Positions 1 to 6,804 of a stretch of DNA of 16,190 nt are shown one piece after another. Source of the stretch: Clostridia bacterium. GTDB taxonomy: Bacteria; Bacillota; Clostridia; Christensenellales; Aristaeellaceae. The notes under the pieces are model-generated. The model was not told where the DNA came from and ran no database searches. It saw nothing but the letters and a program-made list of their open reading frames with translations. Position 1 is the first letter of the stretch. Every line of letters begins with the position of its first letter. Position numbers and translations under genes: made by a program. Location: positions 1-16,190 of the forward strand of contig JAZRWA010000101.1 of the NCBI GenBank assembly GCA_045599485.1, in the 5' to 3' direction.

Positions 1-620
1 GTCATCTTTTCGTAGGGGCTCACCCAGATCAGGGCCAGGCCCAGCGTAAGCACACACAGCAAATACCAGCCGATGAAGGACAGCTGCAGCATAAACAGCT
101 CCATGCGATGACCGCGCATCAGCTCCCGGCTGCGGTGCAGGGCATCCATCGCCGAGCATTCCGGCTCCTGACTCAGCACATACGGCACCATGGCGTAGGA
201 ATATGCTTTCATGATACCGGGAATGATCAACAACAGGGAGTACAGGGCAATGATGAGGCTGCTGATCAGATGGGCCAGGAAGCAGGTAACAAAATGGGTT
301 TTGAAAGCGTCAAACAGCTGCTCCACCCGCGCCTTTCCTCCGGCGGTGATGGTGGTGCAGATGTACATGGCTCCCACCGCCAGCGGGCCGCTGAGCAGCA
401 GCGAAGCGATGATCCCCAGCAGCGAGGTGTTGGAAAGATTCGTGGAAACGGTAAGTGTCACGGCATGGATGTTGCTTGGCACTTTGCGGGTCAGGGTGAT
501 CAGCGGAGAAGAGGTCAAAAGGCCCATCAGCAGCTGGGAGACAACAAGCGCCAGCAGCACCGTGGCAAACTGAGGCTTGAGCAGGCCTTTGGCACGGGTT
601 TTCCATTCGGCACGGTTCAT
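1..620 (-). CDS. DUF975 family integral membrane protein (C-terminal end runs off the window)
   Basis: Absent from the supplied ORF track because it has no stop inside the window. Hand translation from ATG (complement of 618-620) gives MNRAEWKTRAKGLLKPQFATVLLALVVSQLLMG... I checked codon by codon that there is no in-frame stop down to base 3. GGAG lies about 8 nt upstream. DUF975-like signatures: LLIIPGIMKAYSYAMVPYVLSQEP and SRELMRGHRMELFMLQLSFIGWYLL, plus several hydrophobic helices. Confidence 0.75.
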   Translation of the reverse strand, partial: MNRAEWKTRAKGLLKPQFATVLLALVVSQLLMGLLTSSPLITLTRKVPSNIHAVTLTVSTNLSNTSLLGIIASLLLSGPLAVGAMYICTTITAGGKARVEQLFDAFKTHFVTCFLAHLISSLIIALYSLLLIIPGIMKAYSYAMVPYVLSQEPECSAMDALHRSRELMRGHRMELFMLQLSFIGWYLLCVLTLGLALIWVSPYEKM

Positions 621-640
621 GATATACACTCCTTTTTGTT

Positions 641-680
641 ATAAAACAGCCTTCCGCCGCGCTTCATGCAGCAGAAGGCC
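641..680 (-). terminator. Candidate rho-independent terminator after the degenerate-receiver gene
   Basis: Minus-sense GCCUUCUGCUGC-AUGAAGC-GCGGCGGAAGGC forms a stem of about 12 bp (2 G.U pairs) with a 7-nt loop, followed by UGUUUUAU. It lies only about 25 nt before the DUF975 start, so read-through is possible. Confidence 0.45.
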
Positions 681-701
681 TTCTCCTCGGAAAAAAATGG
701 C

Positions 702-1094
702 TCACGATGGCAGCGGATACCACAGATTGTCCAGTTCGTTGCGGATCGCTTCCACATCCGGCATGCCCATGATCGAGCCGCTTGGGCGCAGCTTCATCAT
801 CAGTGCCTGAACGATGTATTCCTTCTGGTTGGCGAGCAGAATAAAGTTGGTATGGCTGTTTTGCCTGCGGATCTGTTCAATCATCGCAAAACTGTTGGTA
901 CCGGAGAGCGGTATCGCGGTGAAGACCACAGGACAGTCATGTGCCGAGGAAAAAGCAATGGCCTCGCCCGGCGACTCAAACGCTTTGGGCTCCGGTAATT
1001 CCGGCTGCTTTTTTCTCAGATACTTGAGGATGTCGACCACTTTGTGCTGCCGCTCGGCAACGTTGTCCACAACCAGCGTAAATTGGTCCTGCAT
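702..1094 (-). CDS. Stand-alone degenerate (pseudo-)receiver domain protein, paralog of the REC domain of the adjacent response regulator
   Basis: ORF 702..1115. I place the start at MQDQ (ATG 1094) because GGGAGGGGAG sits 5-8 nt upstream. It aligns along its length with the neighbouring RR receiver (VVFTAIPLSG vs VMFADIQMPV; HTNFILLAN vs RTNIVFVTG; both end in NL(W/R)YPLP). DD becomes DN, the acceptor Asp becomes Ala, the conserved Thr becomes Ala and the conserved Lys becomes Met. There is no output domain. Confidence 0.8.
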   Translation of the reverse strand: MQDQFTLVVDNVAERQHKVVDILKYLRKKQPELPEPKAFESPGEAIAFSSAHDCPVVFTAIPLSGTNSFAMIEQIRRQNSHTNFILLANQKEYIVQALMMKLRPSGSIMGMPDVEAIRNELDNLWYPLPS

Positions 1095-1117
1095 GCTCTC
1101 CCCTCCCTTCCACAACC

Positions 1118-1150
1118 ATCATACACTGCCAATCGCACCAAAAGTGTACC
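1118..1150 (-). promoter_or_regulatory. Activator-type promoter, site A: GGTACACTTTTGGTGCG + 10 nt + TATGAT
   Basis: Minus-sense read 1150->1118: GGTACACTTTTGGTGCG attggcagtg TATGAT. The -10 box lies about 24 nt upstream of the ATG at 1094 and no TTGACA-like -35 is present. Same geometry as sites B and C. Confidence 0.6.
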
Positions 1151-1204
1151 AAGAAGGAGAAATAGCAAAATAAGTTCTTCTTTTTTTCAGCTGTTTTTCT
1201 TCGA

Positions 1205-1996
1205 TCAGCCGAGGATATCCGCCAGAGTATCCTCCGCCCAGCTGTACTGGCTCATGTACTCGCCGTGGAAAGCGCGGATGGCATAAGCCTCGCCCTTTTC
1301 CCAATCATAATAATCACAGAAAAGCAGGTTAACATCCAGCGAATAGGTATTGAAGCCCTTGATGAACACTTCGCCCATGCCCACGCTCTGCAGCGTTTTT
1401 TTCAGGTCGGCGCAGCTTTTGCGCAGGTCGGCTTTGTTGTTCACCTCGTTGCTGTCATCCTCATAGATCACGGCACAGATCTCGTTGCTGTTCACCTGCG
1501 CGCCGTGGCGGTCCACCAGAAAAGCCAGCAGTTCTTTGGTCTTGTGTCGTTCAAAGTGTACAGGCCGCCCTTCCACATACACCTCAAAATTGCCAAAGCA
1601 CTGCACCTTCAGCTTTTGCGGCTGCTGCTTCACAGGCAGCGGATAGCGCAGATTCTGCATCTCCTGCGCCACCGCCTCGGCGGTAGCGGGCTTTTGCAGG
1701 TAGCCGCTGAAATGCAGCGCCATCGCTTCGACCGCGTAATCCTCATAATAACCGGTCACAAACACAATGTTGGTACGGGGATACAGCTTTTTGACTGCCT
1801 TGGCCAGCTCAATGCCCGTCATCACCGGCATCTGGATATCCGCGAACATCACATCGGGTTGATTCTTGCCTGCCCATTCCAACGCTTTGACTGAATTATC
1901 AAAGCAGGTCAGTTCACAGTCCGGTACCGCCTTCAGAATGGCTTTTTCCAGCAGCTTCAGCTGCATCTGCTCATCATCTACGGCAATGATCCTCAT
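1205..1996 (-). CDS. Two-component response regulator: REC + SARP/OmpR-like winged-helix DNA-binding domain with a short BTAD-like tail
   Basis: 263 aa. The REC domain has intact DD (AVDDE), acceptor Asp (FADIQMP), Thr (FVTG) and Lys (LQKP). The C-terminal part reads VQCFGNFEVYVEGRPVHFERHKTKELLAFLVDRHG...DLRKSCADLKKTL...YSLDVNLLFCDYYDW, matching the SARP-type wHTH pattern. GGAGG RBS. The start overlaps the kinase stop (ATGA). Confidence 0.9.
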   Translation of the reverse strand: MRIIAVDDEQMQLKLLEKAILKAVPDCELTCFDNSVKALEWAGKNQPDVMFADIQMPVMTGIELAKAVKKLYPRTNIVFVTGYYEDYAVEAMALHFSGYLQKPATAEAVAQEMQNLRYPLPVKQQPQKLKVQCFGNFEVYVEGRPVHFERHKTKELLAFLVDRHGAQVNSNEICAVIYEDDSNEVNNKADLRKSCADLKKTLQSVGMGEVFIKGFNTYSLDVNLLFCDYYDWEKGEAYAIRAFHGEYMSQYSWAEDTLADILG

Positions 1997-3318
1997 ACTT
2001 GTTCCTCCTTCGGAATGTGGATGGTCACAGTCGTGCCCTGACCGATCACACTGTCAATTTCCAGATAACCGTTCACCATTTCCTTGAGGCGGTAACGCGC
2101 GCCGTCCAGCCCGATGTGTCTGCGATCGTCTGTATGTTTGGCCGCAGGGTCAAAGCCGGGGCCGTCATCAATGATGCGCACCACATGCTCCCTGGCCGTT
2201 TCCTCCGCTGTGACACGCACGGTGGTGGGCTCATATTTGGCGCTGACGCTGTAGCGCACGGCATTTTCCACCAGCGTCTGTAACGTCAGGGCGGGGATGA
2301 CAAAATTCTTTGTCTGAATATCATACACAATGTTCAGCCGGTTGGGGAAGCGGCGCTTTTCAATGTTCAGGTACTGCTCCACATGGTTCAGTTCGATCTC
2401 AAAGGGGATGGGCAGCTTGCTGCCGATAAACTTAAGATTGCCGCGCAAAAAATTGGAAAACTCGTTGGTGGCGCGCTCCGCCTCGGCAGGATCCTCGGTG
2501 CACAGAAAGGCGATGGAGGACAGCGCGTTGTACAAAAAGTGCGGCTGGATCTGCGACATCATCAATTCCATTTTGGTCTCGGTCATCTCGGCTTCCCTGC
2601 GGGCCAGCAGCGCCTTGTTTTCCAGCAGGCGCTCCCCCTGCGCGTTGTCGATGCGCGTATAGATCAGCATAAACGCCAGACCCGACACGATGCAGCCGCT
2701 GGAAAAATCGCAAAAAACATCCAGCACAAAGAAGGCAGTCGGCACGATGATGTAGCCAAGCATCAGCAGCAGCTCATTGAGCGGCATCACGCGGTGGTTT
2801 TTGATCAGCTCCACAGCAGCAACCACCGACCAGATGCAGCTGACGGCAAAGGCCAGCGGATACACTTCCGTCATGGCCTCCACGCCATAATCCTTCGTGC
2901 TGACCATCCATTCCCGGTTGAGGGAGAAAAACATCAGCACAAGCGCTGCCGCGCCGACCAATGCCACTGTTTTCAGATAGTTTTTTTCATTTTCCGGGCG
3001 CGTATGCACCTCGCGATGCGCAAGCGCGTAAATATAAGTGCGAACATACCAACAATACGCCGCGGCCGCCAGATAAGAAAACAGATACTCCAGAAAGATC
3101 AGCGTGACAAACAACGCGCGGGGATACACACCGGGCTTCCACAGCCACTCCAGCAAAGCGATCAGCTGCAGACCCGTCACCATCCCGCACTGCGAAATAA
3201 ACGGCGTGGACATCATCGTTTTGCTCTTTTTTGCCAGGCTGGAGATCAAAAGAATGAGCATATAGAGAAAGCTGACGCCCAGCATGGCGGCGTTCAGCAT
3301 CTCGCCCTGATACTGCAT
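1993..3318 (-). CDS. Sensor histidine kinase, LytS/YehU-type (His_kinase PF06580-like + HATPase_c) with a polytopic membrane N-terminal sensor
   Basis: ORF 1993..3375. The start is moved to MQYQ (ATG 3318) because GAGGAG lies 7 nt upstream and the longer ORF would overlap the predicted -10 box. There are about 6-7 TM helices, then the MSQIQPHFLYNALSSIAFLC signature and the ATPase motifs (LQTLVENAVRYS, IIDDGPGFD, GIGLDG...). No HAMP domain or large extracytoplasmic domain. Confidence 0.9.
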   Translation of the reverse strand: MQYQGEMLNAAMLGVSFLYMLILLISSLAKKSKTMMSTPFISQCGMVTGLQLIALLEWLWKPGVYPRALFVTLIFLEYLFSYLAAAAYCWYVRTYIYALAHREVHTRPENEKNYLKTVALVGAAALVLMFFSLNREWMVSTKDYGVEAMTEVYPLAFAVSCIWSVVAAVELIKNHRVMPLNELLLMLGYIIVPTAFFVLDVFCDFSSGCIVSGLAFMLIYTRIDNAQGERLLENKALLARREAEMTETKMELMMSQIQPHFLYNALSSIAFLCTEDPAEAERATNEFSNFLRGNLKFIGSKLPIPFEIELNHVEQYLNIEKRRFPNRLNIVYDIQTKNFVIPALTLQTLVENAVRYSVSAKYEPTTVRVTAEETAREHVVRIIDDGPGFDPAAKHTDDRRHIGLDGARYRLKEMVNGYLEIDSVIGQGTTVTIHIPKEEQV

Positions 3319-3365
3319 AGAAACACTCCTCGGTCCGTCAATGACAGGCAAAGCGCCCGATACAC

Positions 3366-3394
3366 AGTATAGCATAAAACCGCGCCCATCGTAA
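3366..3394 (-). promoter_or_regulatory. Candidate sigma-A promoter of the kinase-regulator operon (extended -10)
   Basis: Minus-sense TTACGA (3394-3389), 17 nt, then TGcTATACT (-10 at 3371-3366). The 8-nt direct repeat CGCGGTTT occurs twice (complement of 3393-3400 and 3377-3384) across the -35/spacer. Confidence 0.4.
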
Positions 3395-3430
3395 ACCGCG
3401 ATTGTTTCTGTCCTTTGGATAAATCTTTTG

Positions 3431-3468
3431 TCAAAAATCAGAAAAGCCCGCCGAAAAAATCAGCGGGC
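3431..3468 (-). terminator. Rho-independent terminator after the hdeD-like gene
   Basis: Minus-sense GCCCGC-(11 nt)-GCGGGC followed by UUUUCUGAUUUUU, about 18 nt downstream of the stop at 3486. Confidence 0.55.
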
Positions 3469-3485
3469 AAAATACCGTCAGGCAG

Positions 3486-4076
3486 TCATTCCTGCACAGC
3501 AAAGGCACGGAAGATCAGGTTGACGCCGATGATGACGGCATCCACACCGATATACATGCCGATGGTGATCATGGTGGCAAAGGGATGCATGAAGCTGATC
3601 ACGCCCAGCGCGACCATCAGAATACCCATCGCCAGCGAAACGCCCCAGTGACGGCTGAACTCACGCAGCATGGCCCGGGCTTTGCGTTCTTCGGAAGTGA
3701 CAGCCTCATATCGTTCGGCGTCCTTGCCCGCCGAACGCTGCTCAAACGCTTCAAAAATACGGACAGCGCCGGAAAAAACCAGCCACAGGGCCACAAAAGT
3801 GGCATATGCGGCTGCCAAGCCCAGCTGAAGCGCCCAGGAGCCCAGCAGCATCACGCCCAGAATGCCCGACAGGATACCGTTTGCCAGCAGCAGCCACGAA
3901 ACGCCCTGCCTGCGTCCCCGCCACCAGGCTGCCACACAGCAAACGGCTTCCGCCAGCATGGCAATGCCCATCAGGGTCGGGATCAACGTATACGCATCCA
4001 GGGGCAGCGTCATACAGCGGATGCCAAAGCCGATGGCCAGCAGACCAAACAAAAAGGAAAGCAGACCGATGATCAT
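3486..4076 (-). CDS. HdeD/DUF308-like polytopic membrane protein
   Basis: 196 aa with an AGGAGG RBS 8 nt upstream. It has six hydrophobic helices with repeated G-x3-I/L-x2-G spacing (GILSGILGVMLLG, AMGILMVALGVISF) typical of DUF308, and a charged central loop. Confidence 0.6.
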   Translation of the reverse strand: MIIGLLSFLFGLLAIGFGIRCMTLPLDAYTLIPTLMGIAMLAEAVCCVAAWWRGRRQGVSWLLLANGILSGILGVMLLGSWALQLGLAAAYATFVALWLVFSGAVRIFEAFEQRSAGKDAERYEAVTSEERKARAMLREFSRHWGVSLAMGILMVALGVISFMHPFATMITIGMYIGVDAVIIGVNLIFRAFAVQE

Positions 4077-4110
4077 TGTTTCTTCCTCCTGACAAATCGC
4101 AATACTCTGT

Positions 4111-4908
4111 TTATACCAGATAACGGGCTCTGAACTGTTTCTTCAGTGACTCATCCACGCCAAGTCCGTGCTCCAGAAAGGCGTCCATTGAGCCATACTG
4201 TTTTTCGGCCTCGTCCCACGCCGCCCGCAGATATTCCTCCCGCGCTTCCACCATCGCGCGGCCCGCGTGCGCCAGCTTCGTGTTTTTCGACAGCTTCTGC
4301 AGCATCGCCAGCATACCGGCAATTTCATCCTTCAGGCACTCGTTGGTAAACAGATAGTCCCGCAGGATATCCTCCTTGCTGACCCCCAGCACAAGCTGCA
4401 CCAGCACCGCGCCCCAACCACAGCGGTCTTTTCCGAGGGTGCAATGCCACAGCACCGCGCCATCCTCCACGGCCATGATCGACCGCAGAAAACGGCTGTA
4501 CTGCGCCCTGGAATACGCTGTCCGCACAAAATCGCGGTACAGATCACACATGGCCCGGCTGCCGGCCGCGTCGCTGTCTGCCGCTTCCATCTGCTTCATT
4601 CCCTGCTCGGAGCGGTCCTTTTCCCAGCTGAGCAGCGTCGAATCATCTATGATCGACAGGTGCTTGTATTCACACCCGCCCACGGAAGGTTCCGGCTTTT
4701 CCGCCGCTTCCTTCGGGTTTCTGAAATCCACGATCAGGCGCAGCGGTATGCTTTCAAGCAAGGCGATGTCATTTCCGGAAGCCTGATACAATTGCTCGCT
4801 GCGCAGCAGCAGACCGCTGCGGATGTGCTTTCCCTCCGCGCCGGTCATGCCGCCCAGATCGCGCAGGTTGTGCAGCTTCTCGCCGCGCAGGGGTTGACTT
4901 GTCATCAT
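4111..4908 (-). CDS. Protein-tyrosine phosphatase, Y_phosphatase3 (PF13350-like) family
   Basis: 265 aa. N-terminal NLRDLGG...IRSGLLLRSEQL...LIVDFRNPKE and the CX5R P-loop WHCTLGKDRCG. It is separated by only 34 nt from the hdeD-like gene, so they are probably co-transcribed. Confidence 0.85.
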   Translation of the reverse strand: MMTSQPLRGEKLHNLRDLGGMTGAEGKHIRSGLLLRSEQLYQASGNDIALLESIPLRLIVDFRNPKEAAEKPEPSVGGCEYKHLSIIDDSTLLSWEKDRSEQGMKQMEAADSDAAGSRAMCDLYRDFVRTAYSRAQYSRFLRSIMAVEDGAVLWHCTLGKDRCGWGAVLVQLVLGVSKEDILRDYLFTNECLKDEIAGMLAMLQKLSKNTKLAHAGRAMVEAREEYLRAAWDEAEKQYGSMDAFLEHGLGVDESLKKQFRARYLV

Positions 4909-4925
4909 GTGCTTTCTCTTCCTTG

Positions 4926-4964
4926 TTTTGATCGAAAAGGACCCCGCGGTGTCCCGCAGGGCCC
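4926..4964 (-). terminator. Strong hairpin / rho-independent terminator between the secreted-protein gene and the phosphatase gene
   Basis: Minus-sense GGGCCCUGCGG-GACA-CCGCGGGGUCC (11 bp including 2 G.U pairs) followed by UUUUCGAUCAAAAC. Confidence 0.6.
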
Positions 4965-4988
4965 TTTGTACCGGACCGGTATTTGATC

Positions 4989-5516
4989 TTACTTGCCGGT
5001 GTAGACAAAGTCCATATCGGACAGCACCTTCATGGCAACGGCAATGTCGTTCTCGCTCACGATCTCGCCGTCATTGGCCACGATCAGCATATCGATCATG
5101 TAGCCGTGATACAGGGTGACCAGCTCAGCGTAATCGATGACAGCGCTGTTTTCGTTGAGCAGGATCACATCGGTTTCAAACTCGGTCTTCAGCCAGGTCA
5201 CATTGGCATCATGGTAGTCTTCCATCAGGCTCAGAGTGAAGGCTTCCTGATCGGCTTCCTCCATGTCGTTGAGGCGCTCCAGATCGGCATACTCGTCATC
5301 CGGGCAGATCAGCAGCGTCAGCTGGGGGGCGTTTTCCTTGCTCATGCGGATGAGCTTGTACATGCCGTTGTCTTCGACGGTCACTTCATAGTCCGCGGGG
5401 AAAACCATGTTCAGGGTCAGGTTGTTGTCGTACACAACAGGGGTCTTGGCGGTTTCAGCCAGGGCGATGCCCATCAGCATCATGACAGCCATAACGATAG
5501 CAAGCAGCTTTTTCAT
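4989..5516 (-). CDS. Secreted hypothetical protein (Sec signal peptide)
   Basis: ORF 4989..5543. The start is placed at MKKLLAIVMAV (ATG 5516) because AGGAGG lies 8-9 nt upstream. The signal peptide ends in IALA/ETAK. The mature protein is acidic and I recognise no domain. Confidence 0.75.
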   Translation of the reverse strand: MKKLLAIVMAVMMLMGIALAETAKTPVVYDNNLTLNMVFPADYEVTVEDNGMYKLIRMSKENAPQLTLLICPDDEYADLERLNDMEEADQEAFTLSLMEDYHDANVTWLKTEFETDVILLNENSAVIDYAELVTLYHGYMIDMLIVANDGEIVSENDIAVAMKVLSDMDFVYTGK

Positions 5517-5552
5517 AGCGATTATCCTCCTATATCCATCCATTCGGGGTGA

Positions 5553-6236
5553 TTACTGGGCAGCGCCGACGGCTTCGGGCTCGTCGATGTTGAACAGCAG
5601 CTCCAGAATCGCGGCTTCCACATCCTCATTCAGCTCCAGCAGGGGGTTAACGTTGTTGGTCAGGATGAAGCCCACATGGCCGTCCGCCAGATCCAGCACC
5701 TGAGACCAGGTCTTGCTCTGAGCCAGCACCAGCAGCTGTTCACCAGCCAGGTACTGAGCAGAATAACGGGCGCTGGTGTTGGGGATCCAACGCAGATGCA
5801 CATAGTTGGAAGGACGGGAAGTCACAACTTCAGCCAGTACGGGATATTCCAGGGGCTTGATCTGGCGCACGGCGGCATCCACATCCTCATAGGTGGGGCC
5901 TTCGGGCTTTTTCCAGGGGCCGGGGTTCTTGGTCACCAGGAAGGACTTGGCAACCCACATGTTGGTGCTGTTGCCGGCCTTCTTCCACAGGTTTTCATCA
6001 TAGGGACGAACCAGGCACCAGTCGCCGTGGGTATCGATCACTTCTACCTGAGTACCATAGGGCAGCTGGAAGAAAACTTCATTGTCGCTGCCGGGGCCGG
6101 AGCGCACGTTCAGGGGCTTGCCGTTGCCGGTCTTGACAAAACGGGAATTGGGGTTGCTCACGGCAAAGGCCATGGTAGGCATCAGCATGGCGGCGATCAG
6201 GGCCATAAGGAGCAAAACGGAAAGGGTGCGTTTCAT
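5553..6236 (-). CDS. Secreted protein with two bacterial SH3 (SH3b/SH3_3-like) domains
   Basis: ORF 5553..6245. The start is placed at MKRTLSVLLL (ATG 6236), with AGGAGG 9 nt upstream. Signal peptide ...TMAFA/VSNP. The first SH3b-like unit is KPLNVRSGPGSDNEVFFQLPYGTQVEVIDTHGDWCLV and the second is YVHLRWIPNTSARYSAQYLAGEQLLVLAQSKTWSQVLDLADGHVGFI. No catalytic domain seen. Confidence 0.8.
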   Translation of the reverse strand: MKRTLSVLLLMALIAAMLMPTMAFAVSNPNSRFVKTGNGKPLNVRSGPGSDNEVFFQLPYGTQVEVIDTHGDWCLVRPYDENLWKKAGNSTNMWVAKSFLVTKNPGPWKKPEGPTYEDVDAAVRQIKPLEYPVLAEVVTSRPSNYVHLRWIPNTSARYSAQYLAGEQLLVLAQSKTWSQVLDLADGHVGFILTNNVNPLLELNEDVEAAILELLFNIDEPEAVGAAQ

Positions 6237-6316
6237 AACAATCATTCCTCCTGAAAATCTTTCGTATTGATATCGTCAGCCGTCGTTTGCGGTGGCTTTA
6301 TCAATCTGACAGTGCC

Positions 6317-6349
6317 AGTATAACAGGTCAGGTGTACCAAAAGCGTACC
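6317..6349 (-). promoter_or_regulatory. Activator-type promoter, site B: GGTACGCTTTTGGTACA + 10 nt + TATACT
   Basis: Minus-sense read 6349->6317: GGTACGCTTTTGGTACA cctgacctgt TATACT (TGt gives an extended -10). It lies about 80 nt upstream of the ATG at 6236 and is preceded by an A/T-rich tract. Confidence 0.6.
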
Positions 6350-6394
6350 TGTAAAAATCAAAAAATGCATTTTTCAATATTTTTTATTTTTTTC

Positions 6395-6434
6395 AGACAG
6401 CAAAAAAGCAGACCCCGCAGCAACGCGGGGTCTG
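6395..6434 (-). terminator. Rho-independent terminator of the amidohydrolase operon
   Basis: Perfect 11-bp stem GCAGACCCCGC / GCGGGGUCUGC (6408-6418 and 6424-6434), followed on the minus strand by UUUUUUGCUGUCUGAAAAAAAU. Confidence 0.85.
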
Positions 6435-6465
6435 CCGATCCGGGATGACGGTTTGTTTCGGACGG

Positions 6466-6762
6466 TCAGCTGTCCTTTTTGCCAAAGCGCAGGCTCATGC
6501 TGGCCAGGCGGCCCGCCAGCAGCCGGCTGTAGCGCTTGCCGGAGCGCTCCTGCAGCAGGTAACGGACCAGGGTATCGGCAAAGAACCAGAATACGATGTA
6601 GAAAAACTCGTGTGCGATGTCGATCACAAAATGCGCAAAGGTCAGAAACACGCCCATGCCGACGCAGCCGGCGATCATCCACAAAAAGTTTCTGAACGCG
6701 GCATTTTCCTGTTCTTCCGCCTCACCCAGGGCATAGAGCATATCGGTCCTGACGGTCGTCAT
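6466..6762 (-). CDS. Small membrane protein (2 predicted TM helices), hypothetical; possibly the C-terminal part of a TAG-interrupted gene
   Basis: 98 aa with hydrophobic stretches FLWMIAGCVGMGVFLTFAHFVI and FFYIVFWFFADTLV and a basic tail. The RBS is weak (AGGAAAG). It is in the same frame as 6805..7044, with no other stop between them. Confidence 0.55.
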   Translation of the reverse strand: MTTVRTDMLYALGEAEEQENAAFRNFLWMIAGCVGMGVFLTFAHFVIDIAHEFFYIVFWFFADTLVRYLLQERSGKRYSRLLAGRLASMSLRFGKKDS

Positions 6763-6804
6763 GATGCTTTCCTGCTGCTGTTTGGAAAACTCGGGGCCGT
6801 CGAT

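Noticed and set aside
1134-1150. Reading the shared motif as an inverted repeat (GTAC-N7-GTAC, two RsaI-type palindromes) or as an alternative-sigma -35 box
   Set aside because: The conserved flanking G lies on the same side of both half-sites (GGTAC...GGTAC), which fits direct repeats better than inverted repeats. Neither pentamer is at a 16-18 nt spacing from the -10 box (11 and 22 nt), so a sigma -35 reading does not fit. An inverted-repeat dimer site cannot be fully excluded without binding data.
1181-1200. CAGCTG palindrome flanked by T/A runs after the response-regulator stop as a terminator
   Set aside because: A 6-nt palindrome cannot form a stable stem-loop. On the minus-sense RNA it is flanked by A runs rather than a 3' U-tract.
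2383-3372. 329-aa plus-strand ORF (similar cases: 108..644, 1265..1894, 3585..4133, 4267..4986, 4983..5552, 5676..6254, 6445..7089, 11822..12391)
   Set aside because: All are antisense shadows of confidently assigned genes. The translations are dominated by Arg/His/Gln/Gly runs, and none has a plausible RBS or promoter.
3319-3375. Longer N-terminus (MLYCVSGALPVIDGPRSVS) for the histidine kinase
   Set aside because: The internal ATG at 3318 has a GAGGAG RBS at ideal spacing. The upstream ATG has none and would overlap the predicted -10 box at 3366-3371.
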